Shown here piece by piece: positions 58,341-64,000 of a DNA stretch of 64,000 nt (positions within the stretch are counted from its first letter, which is position 1; every line of letters starts with the position of its first letter). The translations under genes and the position numbers were made by a program. The notes under the pieces were generated by a model that saw only the letters and a program-made list of their open reading frames with translations, was not told where the DNA came from and made no database searches. Source of the DNA: an uncultured Verrucomicrobiae bacterium (GTDB taxonomy: Bacteria; Verrucomicrobiota; Verrucomicrobiia; Limisphaerales; Palsa-1400); assembly GCA_963707025.1 (NCBI GenBank), contig CAVPOM010000009.1:64001-128000 (forward strand). The letters run 5' to 3'.

Positions 58341-58590
58341 CGGACAGCGCGGCTTGCATCCTCAGTTTTGAAGGCGACAGGCCGTTCCTTCCGCGCATAA
58401 TCCGGATATTTCCTGCAATCATGCCTGCAGAATATACCTCTGAGAATAATATGTCAATAGATTAATATGCCAACAGACGTGTTTTCTTCGCGAGGGCGGG
58501 AGGCCTTGGATAAAGCAGCCTTGACCCAAGCAAAAGACCCCATATACGCCGCGGAGAACCTGGAATAGATTTCCATAGTTGGCCAATGCG

Positions 58591-58738
58591 CTTGTGGCAG
58601 GTGATGACCGGCTGAACCATGGTGCGCGAGGGATTTCGCATGATGCTCGAACTGGATCCCGATCTGGAAGTCGTTGGCGAAGCGCAAGACGGCCGCCAGG
58701 CGGCAGCGCGGCCCCCGCGAAGCCACGACCGCCGATGA
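58591..58738 (+). pseudogene. NarL/LuxR-type receiver-domain remnant
   Basis: LVAGDD (frameshifted), then MVREGFRMMLELDPDLEVVGEAQDGRQA followed by an early stop. Confidence 0.7.
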
Positions 58739-59016
58739 GCCGCCGGAGGCCGCTTCCAAGGACACGCCGGCTGCGGAGGGGGCCTGACTTCGCCAAGCGG
58801 CCATCAGCCGGCACCGCTGCCCGGGTTGAAAAGAAAGTTGCCGATAGTTGTTGCAATCCCGCAGGAACGTGTCATGTTGTGTGTGTCCGTTAGATAGCTT
58901 GTCTCTTTCAAGGCATGGGGAATCTTCAAGTGAACCTCGTTCAGTGATGATTTTAGATCCGGCGATCGGAAACAGTCTGTGGAAAGCAACGGTTTGTCGG
59001 ACAACAAAATAGCATT

Positions 59017-59334
59017 ATGAACAATAAATTATTTGTCGGGAACCTTTCCTTCGACACCACTGAAAATGACCTGCGCGACACCTTCGCCGCGCATGGCACG
59101 GTCACGGATGCCTGCCTGATTATGGATCGCATGACCAATCGTCCCCGCGGCTTTGGTTTCGTGACCATGAGCACCGACGAGGAAGCGAAGAAGGCCACGG
59201 ATGCCCTGAATGGCAAGGATATGGGCGGACGCGCCCTCACCGTCAATGTGGCCAAGCCGCGCGAAGAGCGAGCGCCCTCCGGCGGCGGTGGCCGTCGCGA
59301 ATACAGCGGGGCCGGCGGTGGCGGCCGCTATTAA
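59017..59334 (+). CDS. RRM (RNP-1) RNA-binding protein with a Gly-rich tail
   Basis: LFVGNL (RNP2) and RGFGFV (RNP1). Confidence 0.95.
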   Translation: MNNKLFVGNLSFDTTENDLRDTFAAHGTVTDACLIMDRMTNRPRGFGFVTMSTDEEAKKATDALNGKDMGGRALTVNVAKPREERAPSGGGGRREYSGAGGGGRY

Positions 59335-59350
59335 ACGACTTGGTATTTCC

Positions 59351-59388
59351 AGCGGGGTTCGGTGAAAACCGGACTCCGCCTTTTTTGC
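59351..59388 (+). terminator. Rho-independent terminator
   Basis: GCGGGGTTCGGT-GAAA-ACCGGACTCCGC followed by a T-run. Confidence 0.75.
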
Positions 59389-59508
59389 GTCTTTTGGTCC
59401 GTCCCAAGTGCCGGTCTGCCGGAAATTAACGAACCAGACCTTGCAGTCGAAGGCAAGGTCGCATGCCCGGCTTGGAAAGGAGAACGATGACCGGACTGGC
59501 GGGCCCCA

Positions 59509-59724
59509 TCAAGCACCGTGGCCGCACCCGCAATCCAAATTGAAGAATTGTTCAAACCGGTCAAATTGGCCAACAATATTAAACTTGCCGATGGGTTCTT
59601 TTTTGGCTGCGGCTTGGGCGGCTCGCGTGGTGGCAAAACTCGCGCCCTGGCCCGACTTTTTTGTCCAACGACCGTCGCTGGCCAGGAATTCCCGGGTTTC
59701 CGCGTTTTCGATGAGGATGTTCAT
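59509..59724 (-). CDS. Small hypothetical protein (71 aa)
   Basis: MNILIENAETREFL..DGRWT...F; TAATTT -10 lies 6 nt before the ATG, with a CCCCAT half-box 22 nt upstream of it. Confidence 0.7.
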   Translation of the reverse strand: MNILIENAETREFLASDGRWTKKSGQGASFATTRAAQAAAKKEPIGKFNIVGQFDRFEQFFNLDCGCGHGA

Positions 59725-59831
59725 ACCGACAAATTACGCCAGGGTCGGGTGAAACGCTATGGGGTAACAGACTCGCACAGACTGGAGAGCAGGCCGCTGC
59801 ACTCCTGCAATGCCAAACCGGTCCGCCCCAC

Positions 59832-60002
59832 CGCATTCTCGTGGTGGAAGACGATGCTGCCATCCGCCACCTCAATGCCGAAATGTTGCTGCAATCCGGT
59901 TACCATGTGGACGCCGCCGAAGATAGGGCTGCCGCCTGGGAGACGCTGCAACGCAACCGCTATGATCTGGTGGTGACGGACAACGAAATGCCGAAGGTAT
60001 CT
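59832..60002 (+). pseudogene. Truncated response-regulator receiver domain
   Basis: RILVVEDD..IR.LNAEML..GYHV...YDLVVTDNEMPKVS, after which similarity stops. Confidence 0.7.
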
Positions 60003-60380
60003 CCTTATGAAGGCCCAGCCACAAAAAAAGCCGTTGACCTTCGGTGCTTTCGTCGCAGGCAGTTACGGCGCGTGGGGCAAACGCCGGGCCAACGGAATCA
60101 TCCGGCTCGCCATAAAAGCGCACGTGATCGAGTTTCGCGGCCAACAACGTTACGAGATTGCTTGAAGGCCGAAAACCTTTGATGGGGTGAACACCCCAAA
60201 GCGCCCGCAAGGTTTTCCAGCCTGTTATCCTTGCATGAAAGATGACGAATTCCGCCCAACAACTCAGCCGGCCGGATGATTTCGGACGCAGGCTGTTTTT
60301 CCTTTCACAGAACGTTTGACAAGGCGCCTTGTTTTCGGCCAATTTAGATAAGATTGTGTGGATTCACTCCGCACCAAAGT

Positions 60381-60659
60381 ATGAAGATGAAATTCCCGAG
60401 GACCCTGGCCGCCTTGCCCGGCTTAGAGGTGCTTGCCGGAGCCGCCAAGGGGCAAACCAACCTGGACAGTGTTATGCCGATTGGCGGGTTTTGTATTTCT
60501 GCACCGCGGCCCAAGGACCTGGACGGGTTTATTGCCTTTATCGGCGGCGCACTCGTGCCGCGGCATGTCAATACTCTGGTTTTGATGGTGAACTATAATT
60601 ATCGGCACAGAATGACGATGGATGAAATCATGAAGGCAGGCGCGGTAAAAGGGAGATGA
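60381..60659 (+). pseudogene. 5' fragment of a secreted glycoside hydrolase (GH20-like)
   Basis: Signal-like start, then GFCISAPRP...FI...L.PR.VNTLVL.VNYNY; truncated. Confidence 0.4.
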
Positions 60660-60675
60660 TCTTCAACGTCGAATT

Positions 60676-62127
60676 CACACCCGTCTCATAAGGGGAAAAG
60701 TCTGGTGCTGACCTGTTCATTTGCAAGGGTTTAATTGGTCTTCGGGGTAAAATGAGATTTTGATTTTTCCGAGTTTGGCTTTTGGGTTTGGTATGCGCCT
60801 GTTTGGGCGCGTGTGCTGTCCCATAGCTTTATTGGAAGCCGGGGAAATACGCCTGCCTCGGGCCGCGCCAAGTGGCGAAAGCTGCCGCCTGCTGTCCCAT
60901 AGCACGCCAGCAAATTGAGCAGATCATATTTCTCCCAGAGCGCCGCCCGCAAAATCGTGAACAGCCGGGTGAAGCTGTGCGCCCAGTTGGAGAGGTGACT
61001 GAGGTAGCGCAACAGCACGTAGGTCAACAGCGCCGTCCACACCTGCCAGCGCACGGCGTTGGCGTTGTGGCCCAGAAAATCCGCCAACTGCAAGGTCTGC
61101 TTGATTTGTTTGAAGAAGACTTCGATCTGCCAGCGGCAGCGGTAAAGGTCGGCCACGCTGCGCGGACTCCACTCCAGGTTGTTGGTCAGGAAGGTCATTT
61201 CCCGTTCCTCTCCATCAATCTCGACCAGCGCCACCACCCGGCGCATCAACTCCGGCGCGGGTTTGTTCTCGTTGCTCAGGACGATCACTTCGTCGCGCAA
61301 AATCTTCGGGTCTCTGGAGGCGGGCATTTTCCGCACCACCTCATAGCCCATGTTCTCCTTGGCCCGCGTCACCCAAAAGACCCCGCGCCCGTCCAAATCC
61401 CGCAAGTGGCCGAAGTCCACATAACCCTTGTCGAACAAGGCGATTTCGCCGCTCTTCAAGTCGGCGCACAGTTCCCGCGCCCGTCGGTTGTCGTGCTCGG
61501 CGGCAGTGTCCACAATGACAAAACCGGGCAAAAGATTCTGCAGATTCAACCGCATATGGGTTTTGGCGGCGGCCTTGCGCCGGCGGTGCTTGGCCCAGTC
61601 CAGGCAGTTGGCCACCAGTTCCATGGTCGTGCTATCAATCACATGGATGGGCATCTTGAAACGGAAGGCGGGGCCACGGCGCTGGCCCGCGGCAAAGCCG
61701 GGCGTCTGTGCTTTCAAATGCTCCAGGACCCGCCAGAAGAGTTGTTCGGCCATCTGGGCCGGACGCTCCCGGTTGGCGTGGGAGAGGCCGTTGCGGCTGG
61801 GGGCGCTGGCGCCGCGCAAAGTGGACAGCGGCCCGGAATGCAATTGCAGCGAGTCGCACAGATCGTTGAGTCCGATGCAATGGGTGAGTTGCGCGTCCAG
61901 CAAACTGACCGTGTGACTCCACGGACTGAAGGTGCGCGACTTATCCAGAGCCCCGGTCTCCCGCGCTATTTTGGAGACTTCATGCGCAGGAATGAGATTG
62001 CAAATCTGGCGCAAAACGTTAAACCGGGACCGTGTTGGTTTGATTTTTTTGTTTTTCATGCCTGCCTTGTGGCAGGTTCAAATGGTCAAGCCAACACTTT
62101 TTTCCAATTTCCTGTGGGATGGCTGTG
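60676..62127 (-). mobile_element. IS4-family insertion sequence, copy 2 (1452 bp), 9-bp TSD CGTCGAATT
   Basis: Same ends as copy 1; CGTCGAATT at 60667-60675 and 62128-62136. Confidence 0.95.
60829..62059 (-). CDS. IS4 transposase; an extra C near 60856 shifts the last codons
   Basis: Identical DDE/YREK motifs; native stop inferred from copy 1. Confidence 0.92.
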
Positions 62128-62138
62128 CGTCGAATTTT

Positions 62139-64000
62139 ATGTTGAAGAGATTCTCCTGTCTTTGCTTCGCGGTGTTATTCGCAACCCGTCTTTACAGCGC
62201 GTCGTCTTACACCGCCCGCCCGGAAGACGCCGCGGCGATCGCCCTTACTAAAGAGGCCTTCCCCGAATTGCATGCGGACGGGATTGGGGATGACACCGGC
62301 CCGATTGAAGGAGCGATTAATAAAGTCACGCAGACCCCATTGGGCCGAGGGGTGGTGTTGGTTCCGCAAGGGCGCTATCGTCTTTCGCGCACGATTCAGA
62401 TTCCAGCGGGAGTTCGGTTGATTGGCTATGGCGCGAGCCGTCCGGTTTTGGTGCTCGGCCCCAACACGCCCGGTTTTCAGGAAGGGGATGGCAAGTATAT
62501 GGTTTGGTTCACCGGTGGCGGAGGAGGGCGCGCGGGCAGGGCAGGGGGGGCGGCGCGCGACGCCAACCCGGGCACTTTTTACAGCGCCCTGGCCAACATT
62601 GATTTTGAAATCCAGGACGGCAATGCCGCCGCCATCGCCATCCGAGCCTACTACGCCCAACATTGTTATCTGGCGCACATTGACTTTCACATCGGCTCGG
62701 GCCGGGCAGGCCTCGGCCAGGCAGACAATGAAGCCGAGGATCTTCGTTTTTACGGCGGCGATTATGGGATCATCACCAAGAGACCGTCGCCGAGCTGGCA
62801 GTTCACCCTTTTGGACTCGGGGTTCGAGGGACAACGGAAGGCGGCCATCGAAAGCCAGGAGGCCGGGTTGACGCTGGTGCGCAATCAGTTTAGAAATGTT
62901 CCCACGGCCATTTCCATAGATGAAGACCACGCGGAGGAATTATGGATGAAAGACTGCCGGCTGGAGAATATCAGCGGCCCGGCGTTGATCATCAGCAATG
63001 AAAAAAACGCCCAAACGGAGATCAATTTGGAGAATATCGTCTGTGCGCGAGTGCCGGTTCTGGCCCGTTTTCGCGAAAGCGGAAAAACGGTGGCGGGTCC
63101 AAGCCCCAACTACGTCGTGAGGGAGTTTTCGCACGGCCTGCAGATCGCCGATCTCAGAAGCACGCCTGAAGTGAAGACTGTGTATGATGCTGTGTCCGTC
63201 GCTTCTCCCCCGGCGGCGGTTGCCTCGGATCTCCCGGCCCTGCCTCCCGTGGAGCAGTGGTCAGACCTCAAGAAGTTCGGTGCGAAAGGAGACGGCCAGA
63301 CGGATGACCTGGCGGCCTTCAAGGCCGCCATTGCCCAGGCCAAAGTGATTTTCCTCCCGTCCGGCTGGTATCGGGTGAGCGATTCCATTCAACTCAAGGC
63401 TGACACCATTCTGGTGGGTCTTCATCCGCTCACCACCCAGATTTCCATCTGGGACGACGCGACAAATTTCACGGGGGAGGGCGAATTCAAAGGCGTCGTC
63501 GAATCTTCCGTGGGTGGAAACAATATCATTCAAGGCATCGGCCTTGACAGCGGAGCCAACAACCGCCGCGCCGTCGGACTGAAATGGATGGCCGGGCCGG
63601 GTTCGATGGTCAATGACGTGAAGTTCATGGGAGGGCATGGCACGTCCCGTCCTGATGGCACGGGTGCGTCTCCCTACAACAGTGGGCACACGGGCGACTC
63701 CAATCCGAAGCGCCTCTGGGATTCGGAAGGGCCGGGACTGCTAGTGACCCGCAACGGCGGCGGCACTTTTGCCGATCTCTGGACGGCGAGCACCTTTTGC
63801 TCTTGCGGCATGATGATCGAGGACACGACGAATTCCGGCCGGGTTTATGAATTGTCAAGCGAACATCATGTTCGCAATGAAATAAGATTGCGCAACGTTT
63901 CCCACTGGCGACTCTACGCGGTGCAGACGGAAGAGGAATGGGGCGAGGGTCCCCGATGCCTGCCGGTGGAGATCAAGAATGGCGCCGACCTCGCGTTCGC
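62139..64000 (+). CDS. Secreted pectate-lyase-like beta-helix protein (GH28-related), runs off the window end
   Basis: Not in the ORF track: MLKRFSCLCFAVLF...ADGIGDDT..I..AI...LVPQGRY...ANPGTFYSAL, with a second FGAKGDGQTDD..AFKAAI..IFLPSGWY repeat. Confidence 0.85.
   Translation, partial: MLKRFSCLCFAVLFATRLYSASSYTARPEDAAAIALTKEAFPELHADGIGDDTGPIEGAINKVTQTPLGRGVVLVPQGRYRLSRTIQIPAGVRLIGYGASRPVLVLGPNTPGFQEGDGKYMVWFTGGGGGRAGRAGGAARDANPGTFYSALANIDFEIQDGNAAAIAIRAYYAQHCYLAHIDFHIGSGRAGLGQADNEAEDLRFYGGDYGIITKRPSPSWQFTLLDSGFEGQRKAAIESQEAGLTLVRNQFRNVPTAISIDEDHAEELWMKDCRLENISGPALIISNEKNAQTEINLENIVCARVPVLARFRESGKTVAGPSPNYVVREFSHGLQIADLRSTPEVKTVYDAVSVASPPAAVASDLPALPPVEQWSDLKKFGAKGDGQTDDLAAFKAAIAQAKVIFLPSGWYRVSDSIQLKADTILVGLHPLTTQISIWDDATNFTGEGEFKGVVESSVGGNNIIQGIGLDSGANNRRAVGLKWMAGPGSMVNDVKFMGGHGTSRPDGTGASPYNSGHTGDSNPKRLWDSEGPGLLVTRNGGGTFADLWTASTFCSCGMMIEDTTNSGRVYELSSEHHVRNEIRLRNVSHWRLYAVQTEEEWGEGPRCLPVEIKNGADLAF

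Noticed and set aside
13247..62127. Composite transposon formed by the two IS4 copies
   Set aside because: Each copy has its own distinct matched TSD, which indicates independent insertions, and the interval is core housekeeping DNA.

Overview
This is a GC-rich bacterial chromosome segment, most likely Verrucomicrobiota (Pedosphaera/Limisphaera-like); the taxonomy is inferred from gene families and gene order. The housekeeping backbone is guaA, sufT, tal, cutA, a nuoB-N complex I cluster lacking nuoA, a ferredoxin, prs-rplY-pth-rpsF-ssb-rplI, hisS, pgk-tpiA-secG, an OppA-like protein and two tRNAs (Gln-CTG, Arg-CCT). Accessory content includes a single-chain type IIG restriction-modification enzyme, two near-identical IS4 copies with 9-bp target duplications, an orphan DGQHR protein, several toxin-antitoxin-type genes, two ECF sigma loci, REP/MITE-like repeats and a decayed region at about 58-60.7 kb. 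Four features stand out. (1) The nuo cluster is interrupted three times by accessory genes (a retropepsin-like protease, a nucleotidyltransferase pair, and Uma2 plus a RelE/ParE TA pair) and contains an antisense tRNA-Gln with its own promoter. (2) Three small genes share an exactly spaced promoter architecture (RYRGGG-N5-CCCYRY box, 22 nt, then -10), suggesting a stress regulon. (3) A REP-bearing insert duplicated a 12-bp stop/start junction and left both genes intact. (4) Many starts look leaderless. About seven frameshifts, including in nuoH and rplY, look like long-read assembly errors. No CRISPR array or rRNA was seen.
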